From positions 900 to 64,899 of the forward strand of contig DVIC01000029.1 in assembly GCA_018711545.1 (NCBI GenBank): a stretch of 64,000 nt of DNA, written 5' to 3'. The notes beneath the pieces are model-generated. The model saw only the letters and a program-made list of their open reading frames with translations. It had not been told where the DNA came from and made no database searches. A program made the translations under genes and the position numbers. Origin of the DNA: Candidatus Fimenecus stercoravium. Lineage in GTDB: Bacteria > Bacillota > Clostridia > Oscillospirales > Acutalibacteraceae. Shown one piece after another: positions 20,786-30,266 of the stretch; position 1 is the stretch's first letter, and each line of letters begins with the position of its first letter.

Positions 20786-21547
20786 TTACACCTCAGCCTC
20801 CAAAGATCTGTGTGAAGAGATTTCATACAGCAAAATGCCCGCCGCCACCGAAGCGTTGAGCGAATTGATCTTCCCTTTCATGGGCAGGGACACGATAAAA
20901 TCGCATTTTTCCCGCACGAGCCGCCCAAGACCCTTGCCCTCCGCACCGACGACCAGCGCGACGCCGCCGGAAAAATCCGTTTTTTTGTAATCCGTGCCGT
21001 CCATGTCCGCACCATAGACCCAGCAGCCGTGCGCCTTGAGTTCGTCGAGCGCCGCGGGCAGATTCGGTACGCGCGCGACGGGGATGTATTCAAGCGCACC
21101 CGCCGAAGTCTTGGCGACCGTCGCGGAAAGCTGTGCACTGCGGCGTTTGGGGATGACCACCCCGTGCGCGCCCGCCGCCTCCGCCGTGCGCAAAACCGCG
21201 CCGAGGTTGTGCGGGTCCTCCAATTCGTCACAAACGACCACGAACGGCGGTTCGCCGCGCGCTTCGGCAACGGCGAGAATATCCGAAAGGCTCGCGTAAT
21301 CGTGCGCGGCGGTGAACGCCGCCACGCCCTGGTGCACCCCGCCGCCGCAGAGGGTATCCAGCTTTTTACGGTCAACCTCTTTGACGACAGCGCCGCTTTC
21401 GCGGCAGGCGGCAGCCAGCCGGCGCACTGCCGGTGCGCGTTCCCCGGCGAGCACATACAGCGTGTCGATCGTGCGGTCGGCGCGCAGCGCCTCCGCTACG
21501 GCGTTGCGCCCGATGATGAGATCTTGATTTTTCGCATCCCGCGGCAT
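20786..21547 (-). CDS. rlmB: 23S rRNA (guanosine-2'-O)-methyltransferase, SpoU/TrmH family (RlmB-type)
   Basis: N-terminal substrate-binding domain (IIGRNAVAEAL) and SpoU motifs DELEDPHNLGAVLRTAEAAG, LVVGAEGKGL and SLNASVAAGILLYE. Confidence 0.9.
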   Translation of the reverse strand: MPRDAKNQDLIIGRNAVAEALRADRTIDTLYVLAGERAPAVRRLAAACRESGAVVKEVDRKKLDTLCGGGVHQGVAAFTAAHDYASLSDILAVAEARGEPPFVVVCDELEDPHNLGAVLRTAEAAGAHGVVIPKRRSAQLSATVAKTSAGALEYIPVARVPNLPAALDELKAHGCWVYGADMDGTDYKKTDFSGGVALVVGAEGKGLGRLVREKCDFIVSLPMKGKINSLNASVAAGILLYEISSHRSLEAEV

Positions 21548-21702
21548 AGCCCGCCCCTTTCACGCCTGTGCGGCACATAGGCATAGTTATTATAAAATTA
21601 TACCATATCTTGTGTGCTTGTACAACTGTTTTTTATACTTTGTTTTCCGGCTGCGCTGCGCGCCGCCCCTGCGAATTGACAGTGCGGAAGAATTCGGATA
21701 GA

Positions 21703-22221
21703 ATGGAGAAAAAAAGGGGGGCGTTTTGCGTGTTTCAATACCGAACGGTGACAGAAAAAGAGCTTCGCCGCCTTTGGAACCGAAGCATTTTGGAGCATCC
21801 GTTCGACCGCCGGTACCGCGCGTGGAAGCGGGTGTTTTTGCAGCTCAACCGCAACGGTACGGGCGCGACTTTCGCGGTCCTGCGCAACGGGAAGCCCGTC
21901 GGCGAGGGAACGCTGTTGTTTTCGCCGCAAGCGGACGCCGTGCGCGGACGGAAATGGCTTGCCGACGGCGTGCATACGGCGAACATCAACGCCCTGCGCA
22001 TCCGCAAGCCTTACGAAGGGCAGGGACATATTTCAGCCCTTATAAAAGAAATGGAGCGGTATGCCGCCACGCGAGGCTTTACGCGCCTGACCATCGGTGT
22101 AGAAAAGCACGAGATGCGCAGCCGCGCCATTTACCGGCACTGGGGCTATACGGAATTTCTGGGGGAAGCAATTGAGAACGGGGAAATCGTCTTGTACTAT
22201 GTCAAAACGCTATTCCCATAG
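21703..22221 (+). CDS. GNAT-family N-acetyltransferase
   Basis: LRIRKPYEGQGHISALIKEMERYA (Q/RxxGxG acetyl-CoA loop). ATG at 21703 was chosen; the start is uncertain. Confidence 0.7.
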   Translation: MEKKRGAFCVFQYRTVTEKELRRLWNRSILEHPFDRRYRAWKRVFLQLNRNGTGATFAVLRNGKPVGEGTLLFSPQADAVRGRKWLADGVHTANINALRIRKPYEGQGHISALIKEMERYAATRGFTRLTIGVEKHEMRSRAIYRHWGYTEFLGEAIENGEIVLYYVKTLFP

Positions 22222-22263
22222 AGCGTATGGGATGGGTCGGTTCCTTTTGCGCTCACTACAATT

Positions 22264-22345
22264 GTAGGGCGGGGACAAGCCCCCGCCCTACATCGTGTAA
22301 TTTTAATTTTCCGTGAAGCCGCAAGGGCTGTCCCCCTGCGGCACG
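22264..22345. repeat. REP-like repeat fragment (two hairpin boxes, no heptamer array)
   Basis: GTAGGGCGGGGACAAGCCCCCGCCCTAC palindrome (22264-22291) and GCCGCAAGGGCTGTCCCC box (22318-22336), matching modules at 16.9, 30.1 and 35.7 kb. Confidence 0.7.
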
Positions 22346-22367
22346 CATATTGCTCTCCTAAATGCAA

Positions 22368-22408
22368 GGACGGTTCTGTTTTCAACGGAACCGTCTTTTG
22401 CTTTTTTG
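22368..22408. terminator. hairpin with flanking T/A tracts between the convergent GNAT and phoR genes (probably bidirectional)
   Basis: GACGGTTC-N11-GAACCGTC (22369-22395), followed by TTTTGCTTTTTTGC on the plus strand. phoR ends at 22411 on the other strand. Confidence 0.6.
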
Positions 22409-22410
22409 CT

Positions 22411-23667
22411 TTATTCTTTTTCTCTCGCCTGCGCGCGGAACAGCACGCGGATGGTCGTGCCCACGCCGGGTGTGCTGTCTACAGACAGCTGTGCGTCGTG
22501 CAGCTGCGCGTCGTGCTTGACGATCGAAAGCCCGAGCCCCGTGCCGCCCGTATCCTTGGAATGGCTTTTGTCCACGCGGTAGAACCGCTCAAAGATCCGT
22601 CCGAGGTGCTCGGGTGCGATACCGATGCCGTCATCCGCGACCGAAAGCTGCGGCCTGCCGTCCACCGTCTCCAGCGCAACGCGCACCCCGCCGCCCGGAC
22701 GGTTGTACGCAATCGCATTGTCGCAGAGGTTGTGCACCATTTCATAAAGCGCGGGTTCGAAGCCGCTGACGACCGTCGCCTTGCCCGTAAGCGAAAGCGT
22801 CACCTGCGATTTTTCGGCTTTTGCGGCAAGCTCGCCGAGCACTGCTTCGCACAGCCCGTGCAGCTCGACGGGCGCGAATTCCGCGCGCAATTCATCTTCA
22901 TCCAACCGTGAAAGCTTGATGATATCCTCGATGAGCGTCAAAAGCCGGGCAGCCTCCTTGCGGATGCGCCCCGCGAATTTCGGGATGTCCTCCGGCTTTA
23001 CAAGCCCGTTGCCGATGATCTCGGCATAGCCGAGGATGGAGGTCAGGGGCGTTTTCAATTCGTGTGAGACATTGGCGGAAAATTCGCGGCGCATTTTTTT
23101 GGAAAGCTCCGCGTCCGTGATGTCTACGATAAACAGCACGGCGGCGGTGTCGCCTTTCGTCCCCGTTGCCGGCGCCGCCGACAGCGAATACACCCGCCCC
23201 GCGCGCTTCATTTTTTTTGTCTTTGTTTCGCCGGCCAGCGCGCTTTCCACCACGGAAAGATAATGCTTTTCGCGGCTGAGGGATTGATACCCGCCCGTCG
23301 TATCGCCCGCCAAAATCTCCCGCGCGGCGGGATTGGCGGAGACGATAGAACCGTCGGCGGCAAAAACGACCAGCCCGTCGGGCATGCCCGCGATGATCGC
23401 GTTGAACTCCTCTACGCTCTGCGCAAGCTGCTTTTCGCGCTGCGCGGCTTCCTCGTCGTGCGCTTGCAGCTGCTTCGTGTAATCCGCTTCCAGCTTGAAG
23501 CAATAGCGCATGAGCGCCAGCATCATGCAGGAAAACAGCGCCAAAACGCCCGCGCACACCAAAGCCCAAACATCATAGAGCGGCAGCGCCAAAAGGATGA
23601 GCCCCGCGATACCGGGCAGCAGCGCTACGATATAGGTCAGAACGATTTTTATCGGGCCCTGCCGCAT
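22411..23667 (-). CDS. phoR: phosphate-regulon sensor histidine kinase (PAS + HisKA + HATPase_c)
   Basis: H-box FSANVSHELKTPLTSILGYAEI; HNLCDNAIAY; GTGLGLSIVKH. Last gene of the pst-pho operon; start overlaps the regulator stop (TGATG). Confidence 0.88.
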   Translation of the reverse strand: MRQGPIKIVLTYIVALLPGIAGLILLALPLYDVWALVCAGVLALFSCMMLALMRYCFKLEADYTKQLQAHDEEAAQREKQLAQSVEEFNAIIAGMPDGLVVFAADGSIVSANPAAREILAGDTTGGYQSLSREKHYLSVVESALAGETKTKKMKRAGRVYSLSAAPATGTKGDTAAVLFIVDITDAELSKKMRREFSANVSHELKTPLTSILGYAEIIGNGLVKPEDIPKFAGRIRKEAARLLTLIEDIIKLSRLDEDELRAEFAPVELHGLCEAVLGELAAKAEKSQVTLSLTGKATVVSGFEPALYEMVHNLCDNAIAYNRPGGGVRVALETVDGRPQLSVADDGIGIAPEHLGRIFERFYRVDKSHSKDTGGTGLGLSIVKHDAQLHDAQLSVDSTPGVGTTIRVLFRAQAREKE

Positions 23668-24341
23668 CAGCCTTCACCGCCGATCCGATAGCCGACCCCG
23701 CGGACAGTCTCGACATATTTCCCCGCGTCGCCGAGCTTTGCGCGCAGGGTGCGGATATGTACATCGGCGGTGCGCGTTTCCCCGTCAAAGTCGTAGCCCC
23801 AGATTTTTTCCAACAGCATATCGCGCGTGAGCGCGATGCCCTCGTTTTGCAAAAGGTACTTGAGCAGGGCAAATTCCTTATACGTCAGTTCCACCGGCGC
23901 GCCGTCGACATACACGCGGTGCGTTTTGACGTTCAGTTCAATCGGCCCGCAGCGATAAACCTCGCCGTCTTCGCGGCGCTGTGCACGCCGCAGCACGGCG
24001 CGCACGCGCGAAACGGTCTCCATCATGCCAAAGGGCTTGGTGATGTAGTCGTCTGCACCGCAATCCAGCCCCTTGACCTTGTCGTATTCCGAGCCCTTTG
24101 CCGTCAGCAGGATCACGGGGATGTCCTTTGTTTCGTCGTTTGCACGCAGCTTTTTGAGAATCGAGATGCCGTCCTCGCCGGGCAGCATGATGTCCAACAG
24201 GATCAGCTCCGGGGACTGTTCGCGGATCGCCGCAAACAGCGCCTCACCGTTTTCAACACCCCGCGCTTCGTACCCCGTGCTTTGCAGCGTATACACCACA
24301 AGCTCGCGGATGCTTTTGTCGTCCTCGGCGTAATAGATCAT
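23667..24341 (-). CDS. phoP: phosphate-regulon response regulator (OmpR family)
   Basis: [14 protein letters not shown]...LILLDIMLPGEDG receiver domain plus winged-helix LTYKEFALLKYLLQN...VETVRGVGYRI. ATG at 24341 overlaps the phoU stop. Confidence 0.9.
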   Translation of the reverse strand: MIYYAEDDKSIRELVVYTLQSTGYEARGVENGEALFAAIREQSPELILLDIMLPGEDGISILKKLRANDETKDIPVILLTAKGSEYDKVKGLDCGADDYITKPFGMMETVSRVRAVLRRAQRREDGEVYRCGPIELNVKTHRVYVDGAPVELTYKEFALLKYLLQNEGIALTRDMLLEKIWGYDFDGETRTADVHIRTLRAKLGDAGKYVETVRGVGYRIGGEG

Positions 24342-25027
24342 ACGTTTCCTTTCTCTGTGCCCGGCGCTGCCGCCGAGCCGTCGTCGGGGCGTTCGCCCGT
24401 TATGGTGAACAGCGCCCATTCCGCGATATTTTCGGCGTGGTCGCCGATGCGTTCGAGGTATTTTGCGACCATCAGAAGATCCACCGCCTCCTCGCCGCCG
24501 GCGGGATTTTGGGAGATCATTTCTATTATATCACTTCGCAGCTTGAAAAACAAGCGATCCACCTCGTCATCGCTTGCAAGCACCTTGCGCGCCAGCGGCT
24601 CGTCCTCGCGCACGAAGGCGTCGATGCTCTCGGTCACCATCGCTTTGACGGCGTCAGCCATTTTGGAGATATGCCGTTCGCTCGCAGGGTTTTGCGGCAA
24701 GCGGAAGTGCTGGGTGATCTCGGCAATATCCGCCGCCTGGTCGCCGATACGCTCCATATCCGTGATCATTTTCAATGCGGCCGAGATATGCCGCAGATCG
24801 CGCGCCACGGGCTGCTGCTGCAGCAAAAGGCGCAGGCAAAGCCCTTCGATCTCATGCTCCTTACGGTCGATATCTCGATCGCCGTACACCACCTGCCGGG
24901 CGGCTTCCCGGTCGGCGGCAAACAGGACACGCACCGCTTCACCGATCGCCGCTTCGCACAGTGCGCCCATGGCGATCATATCCTCATGCAGCTCGTTTAG
25001 CTGTCTTTCAAATCTGCTTCGCATCAT
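24338..25027 (-). CDS. phoU: phosphate signalling complex protein PhoU
   Basis: Two PhoU repeats ([25 protein letters not shown]; [22 protein letters not shown]). Confidence 0.9.
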   Translation of the reverse strand: MMRSRFERQLNELHEDMIAMGALCEAAIGEAVRVLFAADREAARQVVYGDRDIDRKEHEIEGLCLRLLLQQQPVARDLRHISAALKMITDMERIGDQAADIAEITQHFRLPQNPASERHISKMADAVKAMVTESIDAFVREDEPLARKVLASDDEVDRLFFKLRSDIIEMISQNPAGGEEAVDLLMVAKYLERIGDHAENIAEWALFTITGERPDDGSAAAPGTEKGNV

Positions 25028-25776
25028 CCGAACCTCCCTGTGATATAGTCCTCCGTGCGCCGGTCACGCGGCGTCGCAAAAAGCTGCTCGGTCGAATCCG
25101 CCTCCACAAGTTCCCCCAAAAGGAAGAACGCCGTGCGGTCTGAAATCCGCGTCGCCTGCTGCATATTGTGCGTCACAATGACGATGGTATACGTTTTCCG
25201 AAGCGAAAGCGCGAGCTCTTCGATTTTCCCCGTTGAAATGGGGTCGAGCGCGCTTGTAGGCTCATCCATCAAAAGCACCTCGGGCTCGACGGCGAGTGCA
25301 CGCGCTATGCACAGGCGCTGCTGCTGCCCGCCCGAAAGCCCCAGCGCCGATTTTTTCAATCTGTCCTTGACCTCGTCGAAGATCGCCGCGGCAGTGAGCG
25401 CGCGCTCCACGATCTCGTCGAGTTCCGCCTTTTTGCGCACGCCGTGGGTGCGCGGCCCGTAGGCGATGTTGTCGTAGACGCTCATCGGGAAGGGGTTGGG
25501 CTTTTGGAACACCATGCCTACGCGGCGGCGCAGGACGTTCGGATCCATCTGTCGGATGTTATCGCCGTCGAGTGTGATGTCGCCGGTCGTGCGGCAGCCC
25601 TCCACAAGGTCATTCATACGGTTGAGGGATTTTAAGAGGGTGGATTTCCCGCAGCCGGACGGTCCGATGAATGCCGTGATGCGCTGCTTCGGGATCTGCA
25701 GGCTGACATTTTTGAGCGCTTGAAAATCCCCGTAAAACAGGTCAAATTTTTGTATATCGATGCAAACGTTATCCAT
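25024..25776 (-). CDS. pstB: phosphate ABC transporter ATP-binding protein
   Basis: Walker [10 protein letters not shown], signature [14 protein letters not shown], Walker [12 protein letters not shown]. The PstB-specific N-terminus is present. Confidence 0.95.
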   Translation of the reverse strand: MDNVCIDIQKFDLFYGDFQALKNVSLQIPKQRITAFIGPSGCGKSTLLKSLNRMNDLVEGCRTTGDITLDGDNIRQMDPNVLRRRVGMVFQKPNPFPMSVYDNIAYGPRTHGVRKKAELDEIVERALTAAAIFDEVKDRLKKSALGLSGGQQQRLCIARALAVEPEVLLMDEPTSALDPISTGKIEELALSLRKTYTIVIVTHNMQQATRISDRTAFFLLGELVEADSTEQLFATPRDRRTEDYITGRFG

Positions 25777-26638
25777 TTTTGTTTCCTTTCGTCCATTTGG
25801 AGGCGAGCACCGAAGAAAGCGTGTTGATGCCCGCCACGAGCACCAGCAGGATCACCGCCGTGGCATACGCCTTTTCGGTTGCAAGCCCCTCGTTCCACAA
25901 CGCATATAGATGCACCGCGAGCGTGCGTCCCGAGCCCAAGAGGCTGTCGGGCGTCTGCGCCACCGTACCTGCCGTGAAAATGAGCGCCGCCGTTTCGCCG
26001 ACGAGCCGTCCGACGGCAAGGATCACGCCCGCGAGAATACCGGGCGCGGCAGAGGGCAGCACGATGCGGAACACGGTCCGCAGCTTACCCGCGCCAAGGC
26101 CGAACGAGCCCTCGCGGTAGAGATCGGGCACGCTTTGCAGCGCTTCTTCGGTGGTGCGCAGAATAACAGGCAGGATCATAATGCTCAACGTCAGCGCCCC
26201 TGCAAGCAGGGAATAGCCGAAGCCCAGCGTCGTGACGAACAGCAGATAGCCGAACAGCCCGTATACGATGGAGGGGATCCCCGCAAGCGTTTCCGCCGTA
26301 ACGCGCACGACTTTCACAAAGCGGTTGCCCTTTTTGGCGTATTCCACCAGATAGATCGCAGAAAAGATCCCGAGCGGGACGGCGATCGCAAGGGAGAGCA
26401 CCACAATGACCAGCGTATTGAGAAGCGCCGGCACGACGGAGGCGTTTTCCGAGGTGTACTGTAGCGAGAACAGCTCCGGCGTGAGGTTCGGCACGCCTTT
26501 TACTAAAATATAGACAAGGATCCCGGCAAGCACGGCAACACAGATCCCGGCGCCCGCATACACCGCCGCACGCAAGGCTGCCGCATTGCGTTTGGCGCGG
26601 CGCGCCGCCTGATCTTTGGAGCACGAAGAATTGCGCAT
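25769..26638 (-). CDS. pstA: phosphate ABC transporter permease PstA
   Basis: Second permease of the operon. EAA-loop region [31 protein letters not shown]. Confidence 0.9.
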   Translation of the reverse strand: MRNSSCSKDQAARRAKRNAAALRAAVYAGAGICVAVLAGILVYILVKGVPNLTPELFSLQYTSENASVVPALLNTLVIVVLSLAIAVPLGIFSAIYLVEYAKKGNRFVKVVRVTAETLAGIPSIVYGLFGYLLFVTTLGFGYSLLAGALTLSIMILPVILRTTEEALQSVPDLYREGSFGLGAGKLRTVFRIVLPSAAPGILAGVILAVGRLVGETAALIFTAGTVAQTPDSLLGSGRTLAVHLYALWNEGLATEKAYATAVILLVLVAGINTLSSVLASKWTKGNKNG

Positions 26639-27489
26639 CAGCCCTTCCTCCTTTTCACGGCGGAAAACGACAGGTTGATAAGCAGTACAAACACGAACAG
26701 CACCACCGCCGTCGCGATGAGCGCCTCGCGGTGCAGGTCTGTAGCGTAGCCCATTTCCAGCACGATATTCGCCGTCAGCGTGCGAAGTCCTTTGGTAAGC
26801 GACGACGGCATGACTGCCTGGTTGCCTGCGACCATGATGACGGCCATCGTCTCGCCGACCGCACGCCCCACCCCAAGGATGATCGCGGAAAGCACTCCCG
26901 AGCCCGCGGCGGGCAGCATGGTGCGAAACACACTGCGCTCATGCGTTGCGCCCAAAGCAAGGCTGCCCTCATAATAGCTTTTCGGCACGGCACGCAGCGC
27001 CGCTTCGGACACGCCGATGACCGTGGGCAAAATCATGATCCCTAACACTAAGCTTGCCGCCAACCAGCTTGTGCCGCTGCCGCCGAAGGTGTTGCGGATA
27101 AACGGTACGATCACCATCAGCCCAAAAAAGCCGTAGACCACCGAGGGGATCCCCGCAAGCAGATCTACAGCCGGTTTCAAGAAACGATAGATGCGCCCCG
27201 GGCAGAAAAAAGCAAGGAAGATCGCAGTCAAAAGCCCTATGGGCACGCCGACGGCGATCGCCCCCGCCGTAACATATAAGCTGCCGATGATCATGGGAAA
27301 AATGCCGTACAGATCGGAAGAGGGCTTCCAGACCTTGCCCAGCAGGAATTCCTGCACCCCGATTTCGTGTATGGCGGGTATGCCGCGCGAAAACAAAAAG
27401 ATGCAGATCAGCAAAACGGCGGCGATGCTCACGCCCGCCGAAAGGAAGAAGAGGAGGTGCATACCGCGCTCCCGTATTTTTTGAAGCAT
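26638..27489 (-). CDS. pstC: phosphate ABC transporter permease PstC
   Basis: First permease of the operon. EAALRAVPKSYYEGSLALGATHERSVFRTMLP. Confidence 0.9.
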   Translation of the reverse strand: MLQKIRERGMHLLFFLSAGVSIAAVLLICIFLFSRGIPAIHEIGVQEFLLGKVWKPSSDLYGIFPMIIGSLYVTAGAIAVGVPIGLLTAIFLAFFCPGRIYRFLKPAVDLLAGIPSVVYGFFGLMVIVPFIRNTFGGSGTSWLAASLVLGIMILPTVIGVSEAALRAVPKSYYEGSLALGATHERSVFRTMLPAAGSGVLSAIILGVGRAVGETMAVIMVAGNQAVMPSSLTKGLRTLTANIVLEMGYATDLHREALIATAVVLFVFVLLINLSFSAVKRRKG

Positions 27490-27564
27490 AGGCTATCCTT
27501 TCCGAAAAACGCACAGGGCTCCCGCCGCGCTTTTTCGCGCGGCGGGAGCGCAGGTGTACAATTT

Positions 27565-28440
27565 TTACGCCATCACATCCGCCCAAACGGTCGCGTCGCC
27601 GACATAGATCGATTTGACCTGTTCGCCGGAAAGAGAGGTCAGCGGATTTTCGGGGTTGACGATCACCGCGATGCCGTCCAGTGCGATCTGCGTGTCGGTA
27701 AGGCCCGAAGAAAGCTCACTGTCTTTGAGCGCACGGCTCGCCATACCGATGTCGCAGTTGCCGCTTGCCGCATCCGTCATGCCGGTGGTGGAATCGCTCA
27801 TATTGACCTCTACGGTAATATTCGCGTTCACAGCGGCAAACGCTTCCTTGAGCTTTTCCATGACCGGTGTCACCGAGGACGAGCCCGACACCGTCACCGT
27901 GCCCGAAGCGCCCGAAGAAGCAAAGGCCGCAGCGTTTTCCGAAACGGGGATATAGCCCGCTTCTTCTACGATCTGCTGTCCTTCGGCCGAGAGGATGTAA
28001 GCAATGAACTCACGCGCCGCGTCGGAGAGCGACGCCTCGTTATACGCAATATTAAAGGGTCGCGCGATCTTGTAGCTGCCGTCCTTGACCGCCGCTACGG
28101 AGGGCGCTACGCCGTCGATCTGCAGTGCCTTGACCGTATCGTTCAAGGAACCCAGTGAAATGTAGCCGATGGCGTTGCGGTTGCCGGAAACGCTGGTGAG
28201 CACCACGCCCGTGCTGGTCTGCACATCGGCGGTCGCCACGGTGCGGTCCACCTTTTCGCCGGATTCGTCCTCTTCCTCCACGCCGAACAGCTCTACGAAT
28301 GCGCCGCGCGTTCCCGAGCCTTCCTCGCGGGAAATGACCGTGATCTCATCCGCCGCATCAAACGCACCGCCCGTGCAGCCTGCAAACAATACAGTGAGCG
28401 CCAGCACGCCCGCTAAAACACCTAAAACTGTTTTTTTCAT
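27565..28440 (-). CDS. pstS: phosphate-binding lipoprotein PstS
   Basis: Lipobox LFAGC; SREEGSGTRGAF and SGSSSVTP phosphate-binding blocks. ATG follows AAAGGAG. Confidence 0.9.
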   Translation of the reverse strand: MKKTVLGVLAGVLALTVLFAGCTGGAFDAADEITVISREEGSGTRGAFVELFGVEEEDESGEKVDRTVATADVQTSTGVVLTSVSGNRNAIGYISLGSLNDTVKALQIDGVAPSVAAVKDGSYKIARPFNIAYNEASLSDAAREFIAYILSAEGQQIVEEAGYIPVSENAAAFASSGASGTVTVSGSSSVTPVMEKLKEAFAAVNANITVEVNMSDSTTGMTDAASGNCDIGMASRALKDSELSSGLTDTQIALDGIAVIVNPENPLTSLSGEQVKSIYVGDATVWADVMA

Positions 28441-28514
28441 ACAGATTCTCCTTTTGTTGCTTTCGGTATGGGATTAGCTTATCCGACAAATGTAAAGGCT
28501 GCAAGCACGGTTGC

Positions 28515-28560
28515 GTTAAAAGTGCGTAAAGCAAAACCGCTTGTGTAAAAGCCATGTAAA
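28515..28560 (-). promoter_or_regulatory. candidate Pho-box region upstream of pstS
   Basis: Minus-strand hexamers TTTACA (28560-28555), TTTACA (28549-28544), TTTACG (28530-28525) and TTTAAC (28520-28515), forming two pairs at 11- and 10-bp spacing. The Gram-positive PhoP site is TT(A/T/C)ACA repeated at ~11 bp. Confidence 0.3.
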
Positions 28561-28641
28561 ATCAATTTTAGTATGCGCCGCACAATAACGGGCATACAAA
28601 ACAACCGTTGCCGGGACTTACAGGAAATCGGCGTTCTTTTA

Positions 28642-28670
28642 TTGACAAGCCGCCGCTTTGCGCATATACT
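28642..28670 (+). promoter_or_regulatory. sigma-A-type promoter of the L,D-transpeptidase gene
   Basis: TTGACA-17 nt-TATACT, 38 nt upstream of the ATG. Confidence 0.55.
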
Positions 28671-28707
28671 GTCTTTACAAAGAAATTGACTGCAAAGGAA
28701 GGACACC

Positions 28708-29724
28708 ATGGAATTTTCCTCTACTTATAAAAAGAAAAGCCCGCGTGCGCCGCGCAATCGCAAGCATGGGCTTGATAAGAAGAAAAAAATTGCGCTTATC
28801 GTGCTTGCCGCCGTGCTCGTTGTCGCAGCGGTCGTCACCACGGTGCTTGTCGTGCGCCATAACCGCGCGGCGGATCCTGCCGCGGGTGCGCAGATCGAAA
28901 CACAAACGCAAGCCGTCACGACCACCGCGCCCACCACACAGGCGCCCACCACACAGGCGCCCGCCACACAGGTGCAGGCCGCCGGGGACGTGACGATCAC
29001 GGACATGCAAACAACGATGTATTCCACCGTCGTCACGCTCAATGTGCGCGCGACGCCCTCTGCGGACGGGCAAAGGCTCGGCGCAGTCGGGCAGGATACG
29101 CCGCTTTCCGTCACGGGGCGGTGCTCAAACGGCTGGTACCGCATCGATTATGACGGCGGCGTAGGCTATGTTTCGGGCGAATATGTTGCGGAAGCCCCCG
29201 GCGGCAAGCAGAACGACGACGCGCCGTACCTCATCCGTGTCAACCGGCAGCAGAACATCGTCACCGTTTACAGCAAGGATGCGAACGGCGACTACACCGT
29301 ACCGTACAAGGCGATGGCGTGCTCGGTGGGGCTTGACGGCAAAACGCCCACAGGTACCTACAACACGACCGATAAATACACCTGGCGACTGCTTTCGGGC
29401 AATGTGTACGGGCAGTATGCCACACGCATCACAGGGCACATTTTGTTCCACTCCGTCCCGTATTTCACAAAGGACAAGAGCGACCTTGAATATGAAGAAT
29501 TCAACAAGCTGGGGCAGGCCGCTTCGCTCGGCTGCATCCGTCTGACCGTAGAGGATGCAAAGTGGATCTATGACAACTGCCCGAAGGGCACGACGGTTGT
29601 GATCTATGACAGCGCCGAGGCAGAACCCCTCACCCCGCCTACGCCCGTGCGCATCGACACGAACGACAGCCGCCGCGGCTGGGACCCCACCGACCCGGAC
29701 GAGGATAACCCGTGGAAGCAGTAA
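28708..29724 (+). CDS. membrane-anchored L,D-transpeptidase (SH3 + YkuD domains)
   Basis: N-terminal TM, Thr/Ala/Pro-rich linker, SH3b-like VRATPSADGQRLG..GWYRIDYDGGVGYVSGEYV, and YkuD catalytic HILFHSVP...ASLGCIRL. Confidence 0.9.
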   Translation: MEFSSTYKKKSPRAPRNRKHGLDKKKKIALIVLAAVLVVAAVVTTVLVVRHNRAADPAAGAQIETQTQAVTTTAPTTQAPTTQAPATQVQAAGDVTITDMQTTMYSTVVTLNVRATPSADGQRLGAVGQDTPLSVTGRCSNGWYRIDYDGGVGYVSGEYVAEAPGGKQNDDAPYLIRVNRQQNIVTVYSKDANGDYTVPYKAMACSVGLDGKTPTGTYNTTDKYTWRLLSGNVYGQYATRITGHILFHSVPYFTKDKSDLEYEEFNKLGQAASLGCIRLTVEDAKWIYDNCPKGTTVVIYDSAEAEPLTPPTPVRIDTNDSRRGWDPTDPDEDNPWKQ

Positions 29725-29755
29725 GCGGGCTGTAAAATCAGATGATATAAGGCAC

Positions 29756-29791
29756 CGCGCCCCGTGTGCAAATGCACACGGGGCGCGTTTT
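29756..29791 (+). terminator. intrinsic terminator of the L,D-transpeptidase gene
   Basis: GCGCCCCGTGTGCA/TGCACACGGGGCGC palindrome followed by GTTTTAG. Confidence 0.7.
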
Positions 29792-30266
29792 AGATATCAG
29801 AGATCAGATATTAGAAATCAGATGCGGTGCGGGCGGGTTTCATATACTACTGAGGTTGCGCAGAAAAAAATCTGCAGTAGGGGCGGGTGGTTCCCCTATT
29901 AGGGGAAATGTCCGCGTAGCGGACAAAAGGGTGCCGCGTTCGGTGAATTTCTGTGCCCGCCCGCGGACAGAGTTCAGAATTTAGAAGGCAGAGGTCAGTT
30001 ATGTGGCGGTGCGGCTTTTCGCAAAACCGAAAATCAGCACGCATCCGTAGGGGCGGAGCTTAAGTGCCCGCCCTACATGGTTCGTGCTAACTTTTGGCTG
30101 TGCAGAAAACCCGCCCGTACCACGTCTAATATCTAACGTCTAACATCTAAAATCTAAAAACGGACAGCCCTTGCGGCTGTCCCTACGATTGTTGGAATTT
30201 TTCTGCTTTCCGCAAAGCCGCCCTGTACCGCTTCTAACCTCTAACATCTGATATCTGACATCTAAA
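29791..30266. repeat. largest composite repeat locus: inverted heptamer arrays bracketing GTAGGG hairpin boxes (MITE/BIME-like)
   Basis: Left array TAGATAT CAGAGAT CAGATAT TAGAAAT CAGATGC (29791-29825) followed by GGTGCGGGCGGG. GTAGGGG boxes at 29877 and 30047 (palindrome to 30076). CCCGCCCGTACC followed by array GTCTAAT ATCTAAC GTCTAAC ATCTAAA ATCTAAA (30124-30158). Hairpin GGACAGCCCTTGCGGCTGTCCCTAC (30162-30186). Third array at 30232-30266. Confidence 0.85.

Noticed and set aside
23757-25043. 428-aa plus-strand ORF
   Set aside because: It is antisense to phoP and phoU, both of which have clear family signatures.
30124-30158. Heptamer arrays as a CRISPR array or other spacer-containing repeat
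   Set aside because: The units are only 7 nt and directly abutting, with no spacers. No cas genes are present. The arrays always occur as ends of the larger repeat elements.
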